Shown piece after piece: positions 1 through 9,583 of a stretch of 64,000 bases of DNA (position 1 is its first letter; the number at the start of each line of letters is the position of its first letter). A program made the translations under genes and the position numbers. Source of the stretch: an uncultured Christensenella sp. (GTDB lineage: Bacteria; Bacillota; Clostridia; Christensenellales; UBA3700); assembly GCA_910577845.1 (NCBI GenBank), contig CAJTNA010000003.1, forward strand, positions 72,229-136,228, given 5' to 3'. The notes under the pieces were generated by a model. The model had not been told where the DNA came from. It saw nothing but the letters and a program-made list of their open reading frames with translations, and did no database searches.

Positions 1-489
1 ATCTTACTACAAATCAACGTTTCTAGCAATATGCTGACTAAGACTTTAAATGCCCACATATATATACAAACGAATAAAAATTCTATGAATGACATTGCAA
101 AAATATGCTAGAAATATTGTTGAATATTATCCAAATTAGCATAAGTTTTAGCAAAAAAAATACATAGAATTCACCAATTTTTACATAATAATTTGTACCC
201 TAAATCCCACCAATTTTTGCATAAAATGAGCTAAAAAAATTATAATTCGAATAGTTAATTTAACACACTAAACATTTGATTTGTGTAAAATAGATACAAA
301 TTTTTGCCTTTTTTTATTGGATGAAAGAAAGCAAAAACTTGTAAGAGGATAGCAATAAATAGCAGTATAAAACAAGTTGTTTTACAAGAATTTTACAAAT
401 AAAAAACACATTTTAGTAGTTTTTGTTCTAAAGAAATTTGTTTCAATGAATTTTTAGATTTTTTTTAATTATTAACTGAATATTTTTTG

Positions 490-518
490 TTTACAAACAG
501 CTTTAATAGTGGTATAAT
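490..518 (+). promoter_or_regulatory. sigma-70-type promoter candidate upstream of ORF 600..1214
   Basis: TTTACA (490-495), 17-nt spacer, TATAAT (513-518), with a TGn extended -10 (TGG 510-512). Confidence 0.4.
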
Positions 519-599
519 TATTACAATACTAAATGTTGGTTTAAAATTTATTTTGTCAAAATATCAAACATTTTGCAATAAATTTGAATAAGGTCGAGT

Positions 600-1214
600 A
601 TGTTTAAAATTACAGCAATTTTATTTTTGGTATTTAAGGCGATTTACAAAATCGTCTGTGCTGTTTTATACGTACTTGCTCACATTTTGGTATACTTTGG
701 GCTTTGGATACCCGCTGTTTATATGATTATTGCTGGTATTTTAATGCTAACTGGCGGTCTAGATATTACTACAATAAATATTAACAGCATTATTTTTTAT
801 ATTGGTTTAGCACTCACCTTAATTGGTAGTCTAATAATTACAATTAGACATTTAATCATTAAGCCAATACGTCAAATGCTAGAAAGCGAACGTGCAAAGC
901 GAGAACTTTGGGAACGTAAGGAAAATGAAAAAAAACAACGACTATATGAAAAAAAACCAATTAAATACTTTAAAAAGTATGAGGGAGGAATGCCACATAA
1001 AAGCCACCCTTACTATGACCCTAGCATTGATAGAAAAGGTTTTATACCACCAAAAGTATATCGTTCAAGTAAAAACCCTAGTATAATTATTCACGAATAT
1101 TCAAACCATTTTAAAGTATTTCAAGAATATCCAAATGGTGACTATAAAATGATAGATGTTAAAGACAAGCCTCAAAATACTGAAAGGAATAGACGAAAAA
1201 AGAATTATAAGTAA
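600..1214 (+). CDS. hypothetical membrane protein (hydrophobic N-terminal half, basic C-terminal half)
   Basis: 204-aa ORF. The N-terminal ~85 aa contains 2-3 hydrophobic spans. The C-terminus is K/R/E-rich. There is a weak RBS (AAGG). No family was recognised. Confidence 0.55.
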   Translation: MFKITAILFLVFKAIYKIVCAVLYVLAHILVYFGLWIPAVYMIIAGILMLTGGLDITTININSIIFYIGLALTLIGSLIITIRHLIIKPIRQMLESERAKRELWERKENEKKQRLYEKKPIKYFKKYEGGMPHKSHPYYDPSIDRKGFIPPKVYRSSKNPSIIIHEYSNHFKVFQEYPNGDYKMIDVKDKPQNTERNRRKKNYK

Positions 1215-1650
1215 TTGTCTATAGTTTAATAATTAGAGCTTACCATCTAGCCACAATATTACATTGTGAGAATCTAATAAACAACCCGTAAGAATATTTT
1301 GCTGTAACAAAACTTATTTTAATTGCGTTGACTTACTATTTAAACAAAAGCAGTAGTATTGTTTTAATTTTTAAGAGTTCATATTTAACTGAAAATGATT
1401 TAACTTTTACATTTTTTGCTTGTGCATATTTTAAGTTAATTGAGTTTAAAATAATTGTTGCAAATAAAAAAGTAATTTAAGTGATTGGAAACAATTTTCT
1501 ACATTACGCAGATTTACAACTTTAAGTAAATCGTAGTATAAATAATTATACTAAGTATGTATTTATAAAGAGAATATATATTCAATAACCCCTTATAAAT
1601 CAAGGTTAATTTGCAATTTATCAAATAAAATAAAAGGAGGTATAAAGGTT

Positions 1651-2508
1651 ATGAAAAATAATGCGAATACAATAAAATCTACAAAACGTAGATTACCTCT
1701 TTTTAATTTACACACTAAAAAAGAACGAATTTGGGAACTTGATTTTATACGTGGCATATGCGTACTACTAATGATTTGGGACCATTTTATGTTTGATATA
1801 GCCGACATATTTGGCAATGCTTGGGTAATGGCAAATCCTGCTCATAATGGAATTTTGGAATTTGCTGAAAAGTATGAAAGTGGAATGTTGAGAGAAATTT
1901 TCCACCCAATAATATTTGATTTATTCTTTTTATTATGCGGTATATCTTGCAACCTTTCAAACAACAATCTTAAGCGAGGTATGCAAGCTTTATCCTTAGC
2001 ATTTATAATAACTGCAGTTACCTCTATGTTTGATATAACAATTAGGTTCGGCGTGTTACATATGCTTGCCTTTTCAATTTTGTTTTATCATATTATAAGC
2101 AAAGTATGTGTAAATGATAAACGACTTATTAGTATGGTTTGTTTAATTGCCTCTGTAGTTATAATTAATGTTGCCAATGTTTATTCCGCAAATCCACCAG
2201 ACAAAATTGATACAGACCTAGCTTTTTTAGCAGATTATTTAGGTGGTGCATATTATGATTCTGCAGATTATTTTCCATTGTTGCCTAATATTGCATATGT
2301 CTTATTAGGTGCAAGCATAGGTGGACTAGTTTATCGTGAACGAAAAACTATTTTACCTTTCCTAGATAAATATGGTTGGTATAAGCCAATAAACTTTTTT
2401 GGCACTAAAGCGTTACTAATTTACGTGATACACCAACCAATTATAATATTTATCTTATCACTAATTAGTTTTATATTTATTACTCCCGGCAATTTTGTGT
2501 TTATTTAA
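1651..2508 (+). CDS. DUF1624 / heparan-alpha-glucosaminide N-acetyltransferase-like polytopic membrane protein
   Basis: 285-aa ORF with a strong RBS (AAAGGAGG). The start 'RIWELDFIRGICVLLMIWDHFMFD' is typical of DUF1624 acyltransferase-like proteins. It has multiple TM spans. Confidence 0.7.
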   Translation: MKNNANTIKSTKRRLPLFNLHTKKERIWELDFIRGICVLLMIWDHFMFDIADIFGNAWVMANPAHNGILEFAEKYESGMLREIFHPIIFDLFFLLCGISCNLSNNNLKRGMQALSLAFIITAVTSMFDITIRFGVLHMLAFSILFYHIISKVCVNDKRLISMVCLIASVVIINVANVYSANPPDKIDTDLAFLADYLGGAYYDSADYFPLLPNIAYVLLGASIGGLVYRERKTILPFLDKYGWYKPINFFGTKALLIYVIHQPIIIFILSLISFIFITPGNFVFI

Positions 2509-2553
2509 TTTAAAGTAGCAAGTTGAAAATTATTTTGATTGTATAAATTAGCA

Positions 2554-2588
2554 AAATGATTAGGTTTTCACCTAATCATTTTTGTTTT
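2554..2588. terminator. intrinsic terminator hairpin between convergent genes (DUF1624 gene and glgP)
   Basis: AAATGATTAGG (2554-2564) pairs with CCTAATCATTT (2571-2581) across a 6-nt loop, followed by TTGTTTT. Confidence 0.6.
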
Positions 2589-2608
2589 ATTTCATATTAT
2601 TTTTATCA

Positions 2609-5143
2609 TTATTTTTTTGTTGTTTTAGCCTTTGCTGTGTTGGCAGTTTTTGTAGTTGAAGCTGTCTTTGTAGCTGTAGTCTTAGCAGTTGTTGCCGTTT
2701 TAGTTGCAGATGGTTTTGCAGTTGTAGCTTTAGCCTTTTTAACTTTTACTGGTGTCAAAGTCCAAATTCTGTCAGCATACTCAATTATTGACCTATCTGA
2801 TGAGAAGAATCCACTCTTAGCTACATTAACCAAAGACATTCTATTCCAACGTTCTTCATCACCATAAGCTTTATCCAATGCATCTTGTGCATCAACATAG
2901 CTTTGGAAATCTGCAAGGCACATATAAGGGTCTCTAGTTGTTAAAATATGAGCAATCTCATTAAATTTAACGCCACCAATACCATCATTCAACATATCAA
3001 TTACTCGCTTAATTCTGTAATTTTCGTTATAATATCTTGATGGTTGATATCCGTCTTTATACAATTTAGCAACTTCATTTTCACGCAAACCGAAAATAAA
3101 GATATTTTCGTCACCTACATTTTCGTGAATCTCAACATTTGCTCCATCCATTGTACCCATTGTAACAGCACCATTAATCATAAATTTCATATTACCAGTA
3201 CCAGATGCCTCTTTACCGGCAATAGAGATTTGCTCACTAACATCTGATGCAGGCATTACGATTTCAGCCAAGCTTACACGATAGTTTTCCAAGAATACAA
3301 CTTTGATTTTGCCATTAATATCTGGGTCGTTGTTAATTTGTTCACCTAACATACAAATCAAACGAATGATTGATTTTGCTGTATAGTAGCTTGGAGCTGC
3401 TTTTGCACCAAATATAAAGGTACGTGGATGTATATCTAACTTAGGATTTTCCTTTAATCTAATATACAAATCAATAATATGCATACAATTTAACAATTGT
3501 CTTTTGTACTCGTGCAATCTCTTAACTTGTACATCAAAGATACTATCAACATTAACATCAATACCATTATTTTCTTTAATGTAAGTGGCAAGTCTTTCCT
3601 TATTTGCTCTTTTGATTTTAGCAAACTCACCAAGAACTTTTTTGTCTCCTTTAAACTTAATTAAATCGCTAAGCTTATTGCTATCTTTCAAAAAGTCATC
3701 ACCAATTAAAGATACGATATATTTAGTTAGTAATGGATTTGACAAAGCTAGCCATCTTCTATAAGTAATACCATTAGTTACATTTGTAAACTTTTTAGGT
3801 TGCATTTTAAAGTAATCATTAAATACATCTTGCTTTAACAAGTCACTATGCAAAGCACTAACACCATTTATTGTGTGAGAAGCTGACAAACACAAGTTAG
3901 CCATTCTTACTTGGCCATTTTGCAAAATTGCATTATTTGCGACTTTATTCCAATCATTAGGATAGAAATCCCATAAATCTGCACAAAATCTTTTATTAAT
4001 TTCAGCAACGATTTGGTGAATACGTGGTAAAAGCATTGCAAACAAGCTTTCTGGCCATTTTTCAAGAGCTTCTGCCATAACTGTATGGTTAGTATAACTC
4101 ATTGTTCCGCAAACTATTTTCCAAGCATCGTCCCAGCTATAGCCATAAGTATCAAGCAATAGCCTCATAAGCTCTGGAATACACAAAGTTGGATGTGTAT
4201 CATTGATATGGATAGAAACTTTATCAGCAAAGTTATCTAAAGTGCCATAATCGTTTAAATGTTTTTTGATAATTGATTGAATTGATGCAGAAACAAAGAA
4301 ATATTGTTGTTTTAATCTTAGTGATTTACCCTCAATATGGTCATCAGCTGGATATAATACTTTGCTTATAGATTCCGCAAGTGATTTATTGTACAAAGCT
4401 TTGATATAATCACCTCTTGAGAAAGCTTGCATATCAAAATCCATAGATGCTTTAGCATCCCACAATCTCAATGTGTTTACAGCATCTGTATGATAACCAC
4501 TGACATTCATATCATAAGGGATGGCAAGTACTGTATCTGCATTTTTTAGCTCTACTACCATTTTGTTATCGTGCCAATGTTGTACAACTTCGCCACCAAA
4601 AGTAACAGGGAAAATATCATCTTCACGAGGTGCAAGCCATACAGCACCATCTTTTAGCCACTCGTCTGGCAATTCCATTTGCCAACCATCAGCCATTTTT
4701 TGCTTAAAAATACCAAACTCGTATTTGATAGAAAATCCGCTTGCTGGATAACTTAAATTTGTAAGTGATTCCATATAAGCAGCGGCAAGTCTACCTAAAC
4801 CACCATTACCAAGGCCAGCATCTGGCTCAATTTCACACAAATCGTCAACAGTGCAACCATATTTTTTACAAGCATCATTTACCATATCAGTTATACCAAG
4901 GTTGAACAAATGGTTTTTTAATGATTTGCCTAGCAAAAACTCCATTGACATATAATAAACGTGTTTAGCTTTTTGTTCTGCACAAGCCTTTTTAAAAGCA
5001 AGTCTTTTTTCTGTCAAAATGTCTTTAACTGCACTTGCAATAATCTTGTAAAGTTGATTGCGGTTACAATCTTCAATTTTTCTACCAAACATAATGGTAG
5101 CCAAACTTTCAATTTTTTTACCAAATTCTTCTGTTGTTATCAT
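2609..5143 (-). CDS. glgP: glycogen/maltodextrin phosphorylase (GT35) with a Lys/Thr/Ala-rich C-terminal tail
   Basis: 844-aa ORF with an AAGGAG RBS. It carries 'EPDAGLGNGGLGRLAAAY' and the pyridoxal-phosphate lysine region 'GKEASGTGNMKFMINGA'. It is the last gene of the glg cluster. Confidence 0.95.
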   Translation of the reverse strand: MITTEEFGKKIESLATIMFGRKIEDCNRNQLYKIIASAVKDILTEKRLAFKKACAEQKAKHVYYMSMEFLLGKSLKNHLFNLGITDMVNDACKKYGCTVDDLCEIEPDAGLGNGGLGRLAAAYMESLTNLSYPASGFSIKYEFGIFKQKMADGWQMELPDEWLKDGAVWLAPREDDIFPVTFGGEVVQHWHDNKMVVELKNADTVLAIPYDMNVSGYHTDAVNTLRLWDAKASMDFDMQAFSRGDYIKALYNKSLAESISKVLYPADDHIEGKSLRLKQQYFFVSASIQSIIKKHLNDYGTLDNFADKVSIHINDTHPTLCIPELMRLLLDTYGYSWDDAWKIVCGTMSYTNHTVMAEALEKWPESLFAMLLPRIHQIVAEINKRFCADLWDFYPNDWNKVANNAILQNGQVRMANLCLSASHTINGVSALHSDLLKQDVFNDYFKMQPKKFTNVTNGITYRRWLALSNPLLTKYIVSLIGDDFLKDSNKLSDLIKFKGDKKVLGEFAKIKRANKERLATYIKENNGIDVNVDSIFDVQVKRLHEYKRQLLNCMHIIDLYIRLKENPKLDIHPRTFIFGAKAAPSYYTAKSIIRLICMLGEQINNDPDINGKIKVVFLENYRVSLAEIVMPASDVSEQISIAGKEASGTGNMKFMINGAVTMGTMDGANVEIHENVGDENIFIFGLRENEVAKLYKDGYQPSRYYNENYRIKRVIDMLNDGIGGVKFNEIAHILTTRDPYMCLADFQSYVDAQDALDKAYGDEERWNRMSLVNVAKSGFFSSDRSIIEYADRIWTLTPVKVKKAKATTAKPSATKTATTAKTTATKTASTTKTANTAKAKTTKK

Positions 5144-5332
5144 ATTACTCCTTAAAAATCGCAGAAAAAACTATCAGACTTTCATACGATTTAAAAAATT
5201 ATTAACAAATTAATTTTGGCATTCTTAATTATTAGAAATAAGCTTTGCCAAAGTATATTAAATATGGATAATTCTTAAACGAATTAGCATATATCTTTTT
5301 TTATTATATGACAAATTTAAATAATAAGCAAC

Positions 5333-5368
5333 TAAAAAGCAATGTAAAAATATTTTTTTACAATTGCC
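5333..5368 (-). terminator. imperfect terminator-like hairpin downstream of glgA
   Basis: GCAATGTAAAAA / TTTTTACAATTGC imperfect stem (one mismatch), followed on the minus strand by TTTTT. Confidence 0.4.
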
Positions 5369-5422
5369 TTTTAGTATTTAATTTTCCAAACAGCGGATAA
5401 TTTACAATTGCTTATAATTTAA

Positions 5423-7231
5423 TTAAAGCCTATCATACAATTCCAAATACTTGCTTGCAGATGCTTTCCAAGAGAAATCGCAAGACATTGCATTGGCAAT
5501 AATTGAGTACCATTCTCTCTTGTTATGGTAAGTACCAATTGCTCTATAAATAGCATCACACATATCGTCTGCGTTAAAGCTGTAAAAGGTAAATCCATTA
5601 CCAGTAAGTTCTTGAGGATTAAAACCAATAACTGTATCGTTCAAACCACCAGTACGTCTTACAATAGGAATAGTACCATATCTCATAGCAATCATTTGAC
5701 TTAAGCCACAAGGCTCAAACTTAGATGGCATTAGGAACATATCACTACCAGCATAAATCTTGTTCGCAATATCTGTTGAGAAATTTATTATTACCTTAAG
5801 TTTGCCATAATATCTGCCTTCAAGTTCTTGCAATTTACTCTCATACTTCCAATCGCCTTTACCAAGAATGATAATTTGCAAATCACTTTGCATTAATTGG
5901 TCAATTCTAGCAACAAGCAAATCAACACCTTTTTGTTCAGTCAATCTTGTAACCATACCAATAAGTGGTGTATTGCTGTTAAAGTTCATATCAAACATCT
6001 TCAAAAGCTCTTGCTTATTAACTTGTTTATCCTCAATAGTAGTAAAATCAAAATTCTTAAACAATGCCTTATCTGTTGCAGGATTGTACAAATCAGTATC
6101 AATACCATTTACAATACCGCTTAACTTATAACCCCTTTGTCTTAAGATATTATCAAGTCCATATGCATAATATCTATCCATAATCTCATTTGCATAAGAT
6201 GGAGATACTGTTGTAACGCTATTACTTGCCTCAATCGCACCTTTCATAAAGTTAGTACATTTTGCATATTTAACTAGACTATGTCTATCCTCTGGCAATC
6301 CCAAAATATCAGTAATCAAATCTTCACCATATTTGCCTTGGAATTCAATATTATGAATAGTAAATACAGTTTTTATATTTTGATATTCTGGAATACCTCT
6401 GTAGAAACAATCCAAGAATACTGGTGCTAAAGCTGTGTGCCAGTCGTTAGCGTGAATAACATCTGGATAAAAATCAATTAATCTCAATGCTTCTAAGCAC
6501 GCTTTTGAGAAGAAAGCAAATCTCTCTGCATCATCAAAATGACCATAAATACCATTACGTTTAAAATAATATTCGTTATCCACAAAATAATAAGTCACAC
6601 CATTGTAGTTATATGAGAATAAACCGCAATATTGATAACGCCAAGCAAGTGTTACATACACACTGCCAATATATCTCATAGCGTTTTTAAAGTCTTGAGG
6701 TATATCCATATACAATGGTAAAATCACCCTTGCATCTGCCCCAAGTGCATTTAGAGTTGCTGGCAATGCCCCCGCAACGTCACCCAAACCACCAGTTCTA
6801 ATAAATGGTGCAGACTCACCAGCTAAAAACAAAATCTTTTTCTTTGGAGTAGCCTCAACCTTTTCTGCCTTTACAACTTTCTCTGTTTTTTTAGTTTTAG
6901 CAACTTGCTCATTCTTGGTTGTCTTTTCTGTTTTAGCAACCTTTTCAGTCTTAACTGCTTTTTCTTCTTTTACAGCCATTTCAGTTGTAGCCACATCAGC
7001 TTTTGCTACCTTTGGCTTACTTTCACTAACTTTAGTTTTAGGCTTAGCCTCTGCATCCACCTTAACTGCAGTAGTTTTTGCCTTAGGTTTTGTATCAAGC
7101 TTTGCTTTTACCTCAACGTTTGCTGACTCTGTAGTAGCTTTTGTTGCCTTTGGCTTAGTTTCAACTTTTATTTCCTCTGCCATTTTAGTTTCATTTTTAC
7201 CTTTTGAAGTAGTTTTATTTTGAGTACCCAT
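5423..7231 (-). CDS. glgA: glycogen synthase (GT5, ADP-glucose type) with a 130-aa Lys/Thr/Ala/Glu-rich N-terminal extension
   Basis: 602-aa ORF. The canonical GlgA start 'KKILFLAGESAPFIRTGGLGDV' (KxGGL motif) appears only at aa 131. The C-terminal 'PSKFEPCGLSQMIAMRYGTIPIV' region is typical. RBS is AGGGGG. Confidence 0.95.
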   Translation of the reverse strand: MGTQNKTTSKGKNETKMAEEIKVETKPKATKATTESANVEVKAKLDTKPKAKTTAVKVDAEAKPKTKVSESKPKVAKADVATTEMAVKEEKAVKTEKVAKTEKTTKNEQVAKTKKTEKVVKAEKVEATPKKKILFLAGESAPFIRTGGLGDVAGALPATLNALGADARVILPLYMDIPQDFKNAMRYIGSVYVTLAWRYQYCGLFSYNYNGVTYYFVDNEYYFKRNGIYGHFDDAERFAFFSKACLEALRLIDFYPDVIHANDWHTALAPVFLDCFYRGIPEYQNIKTVFTIHNIEFQGKYGEDLITDILGLPEDRHSLVKYAKCTNFMKGAIEASNSVTTVSPSYANEIMDRYYAYGLDNILRQRGYKLSGIVNGIDTDLYNPATDKALFKNFDFTTIEDKQVNKQELLKMFDMNFNSNTPLIGMVTRLTEQKGVDLLVARIDQLMQSDLQIIILGKGDWKYESKLQELEGRYYGKLKVIINFSTDIANKIYAGSDMFLMPSKFEPCGLSQMIAMRYGTIPIVRRTGGLNDTVIGFNPQELTGNGFTFYSFNADDMCDAIYRAIGTYHNKREWYSIIANAMSCDFSWKASASKYLELYDRL

Positions 7232-7251
7232 TTACTCGCCCCCTTTACAAA

Positions 7252-8370
7252 TTAAACTGTCTTTCCCTTTGCGATAACAACTGGATATGTGTCATAACCA
7301 GCAATACGCCTATCCTCAGTTATAACTACATTTTTATCTGTGATAGTATAACTTAACTCTGCATTTTTTTGTATTATGCCGTGTTCCATAACAATACTAT
7401 TACGTATTACAGCACCTTCCTCAACCACTACACCACGGAATAGAATACTATTTTCCACTGTGCCATTGATATCACATCCATCAGCAATCAAGCTGTTTTT
7501 AACAGTAGATTTTTCCCTATAAATGGTTGGAACACTATCCTTTGTTTTAGTATAAATTTTACCTGCACGATAGAATAAGTCGTTTCTAACTTTGCTATCT
7601 AGCATTTTCATATTTTCACCATAGTAAGATTGAATATCGTCAATAATTGCAGAGTATCCACTATGTAAATATGCAAAGATTTTAAGTTTATCAAGATTTT
7701 GTTGTAGTGTATGACGCTCAAAATTCATATGACCTTGCTCATACCCAATTTGTATCATATTTACAAGAAAATCTTTTTTCATTAAATAAATGTTCAAAGA
7801 AATCTGTGATGTTTCGTCTGACTTAGAATTCTTAATAAGCATTTCCTTAACAAAATTATCTTTATCACATTCCACAATAACTCTTGTACAATTGTTTGGT
7901 TTTGCCATATGTGTAACCATTGTAATATCTGCACCAGACTTGATATGAGCATTATAAACTTCCTCATAGTCAATATTTGCTGCAATATTACTATTAGTTA
8001 AAACAATATAATCCTCTTTTGCATTTGTAATATAATCAAGAATACCATACAAAGCTTCTATCTTACCTCTGTAAACATTTCTGCTTATGTTAGAAACATA
8101 TGGAGGAAATACGGCGATACCACTATTTTTTCTATTCAAGTCCCAGTCACGACCCATTCGGATATGGTCCATAAGCGAACTATAATTTGATTTAGTTACA
8201 ATACCAATAGTAGTAATGTTGCTGTTGACAAGATTAGATAATGTAAAGTCAATCACTCTGTATCTGCCACAGAAAGGCAAGGACGCAGTTGTTCTGTGAA
8301 TTGTTAATTCGTTTAACTTTGCTTCTGCATTATCACTTGCAAATACTACACTCATAATGTTATTATTCAT
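7252..8370 (-). CDS. glgD: glucose-1-phosphate adenylyltransferase, GlgD (regulatory) subunit
   Basis: 372-aa paralog of GlgC with a degenerate N-terminal nucleotide-binding motif. It has a left-handed beta-helix C-terminus. Its start overlaps the glgC stop, the typical Firmicutes glgC-glgD arrangement. Confidence 0.9.
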   Translation of the reverse strand: MNNNIMSVVFASDNAEAKLNELTIHRTTASLPFCGRYRVIDFTLSNLVNSNITTIGIVTKSNYSSLMDHIRMGRDWDLNRKNSGIAVFPPYVSNISRNVYRGKIEALYGILDYITNAKEDYIVLTNSNIAANIDYEEVYNAHIKSGADITMVTHMAKPNNCTRVIVECDKDNFVKEMLIKNSKSDETSQISLNIYLMKKDFLVNMIQIGYEQGHMNFERHTLQQNLDKLKIFAYLHSGYSAIIDDIQSYYGENMKMLDSKVRNDLFYRAGKIYTKTKDSVPTIYREKSTVKNSLIADGCDINGTVENSILFRGVVVEEGAVIRNSIVMEHGIIQKNAELSYTITDKNVVITEDRRIAGYDTYPVVIAKGKTV

Positions 8371-9572
8371 ACTTCACCTCCGTCAATCATTGCATTAACT
8401 GGCACTTTTGAATCTGGTTGAACAATAGCGTTAGGACCTACCACTGTAATCTGCCATTCCCCAGCAACTGGAGCTGACTGAAACTCTCCAACCACAGCAC
8501 CGCTACCAATAATAGCATCTGCACCAATTATTGAATATTTAACCACAGCATTATCTTGAATTATAACACCTGGCATAATAGTGCAACCCTCAACAATTGC
8601 ATTTTCGCCAATTACTACAGATGGTGAAATAATAGAGTTTGTAACAGACCCAGAGATTGAGCAACCCTCTGTAATCAAGCTGTTTTTAATAACAGCACGT
8701 TCACCAGTGAAATGAGGTGGTTCAGCTGTTGACCTAGCATAAATTTTCCACTTATCATCATTTAAAACTAAGCCACTCTTTGTATTTAGCAAATCCATAT
8801 TTGCTTCCCAAAGGCTTGAGATTGTTCCAACATCTTTCCAATATCCCTTAAACTCATAAGCGAATAATCTTTCACCTGCATTTAACATATTTGGAATGAT
8901 ATTTTTACCAAAATCATTTTCAGATTTTTTATCATTCTCATCCTCAACCAAATACTTTTTAAGTTTTTCCCAAGTAAAGATATAAATACCCATAGAAGCA
9001 TTAGTACTCTTTGGCTTTTTAGGTTTTTCCTCAAACTCATAAACACTGCCGTCTGGGTTGGTATTCATAATACCAAACCTTGACGCTTCTTCCTTAGGCA
9101 CATCAATAACAGCAATTGTACAATCAGCATTGCGTTTCTTATGTGCAACTAACATTTCGGAATAATCCATTTTGTAAATATGGTCACCAGATAGAATTAA
9201 TACATATTCTGGCATAAATTTATCAATAAATGCAATATTTTGATAAATTGCATTTGCAGTACCTTTATACCACTCACCGGACTTGCCTCTCATATAAGGT
9301 GGTAAAACATAAACACCACCATTCAATCTGTCCAAATCCCAAGGTTGTCCGTTACCAATATATTGGTTCAAATCAAAAGGTTGATATTGAGTCAACACTC
9401 CAATGGTATCAATACCCGAATTTATACAGTTAGATAGCGGAAAATCTATAATTCTATATTTACCGCCAAAAGGCACAGCTGGTTTTGCAGTATCCTTTGT
9501 CAAAACACCTAGTCTAGTACCTTGACCACCTGCAAGTAACATTGCAACACATTCCTTATTATTGTGTAACAT
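8367..9572 (-). CDS. glgC: glucose-1-phosphate adenylyltransferase
   Basis: 401-aa ORF with '[33 protein letters not shown]' and a hexapeptide-repeat C-terminus. RBS is GGAGGGGG. Confidence 0.95.
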   Translation of the reverse strand: MLHNNKECVAMLLAGGQGTRLGVLTKDTAKPAVPFGGKYRIIDFPLSNCINSGIDTIGVLTQYQPFDLNQYIGNGQPWDLDRLNGGVYVLPPYMRGKSGEWYKGTANAIYQNIAFIDKFMPEYVLILSGDHIYKMDYSEMLVAHKKRNADCTIAVIDVPKEEASRFGIMNTNPDGSVYEFEEKPKKPKSTNASMGIYIFTWEKLKKYLVEDENDKKSENDFGKNIIPNMLNAGERLFAYEFKGYWKDVGTISSLWEANMDLLNTKSGLVLNDDKWKIYARSTAEPPHFTGERAVIKNSLITEGCSISGSVTNSIISPSVVIGENAIVEGCTIMPGVIIQDNAVVKYSIIGADAIIGSGAVVGEFQSAPVAGEWQITVVGPNAIVQPDSKVPVNAMIDGGEV

Positions 9573-9583
9573 TAAACCCCCTC

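Noticed and set aside
892-1086. 64-aa ORF nested in a different frame within ORF 600..1214. Other 60-90-aa nested ORFs throughout the track are similar (for example 3044..3247, 4521..4751, 9230..9433, 24331..24723 and 58267..58636).
   Set aside because: All are fully contained within longer, better-supported genes on the same or opposite strand. They have no RBS or recognisable motifs.
6905-7223. Plus-strand ORFs 6905..7126 and 6915..7223. The analogous 2556..2867 lies opposite the glgP tail.
   Set aside because: They are antisense to the low-complexity extensions of glgA and glgP, and arise from the same compositional artefact. The real genes on the minus strand have strong RBSs and conserved domains.
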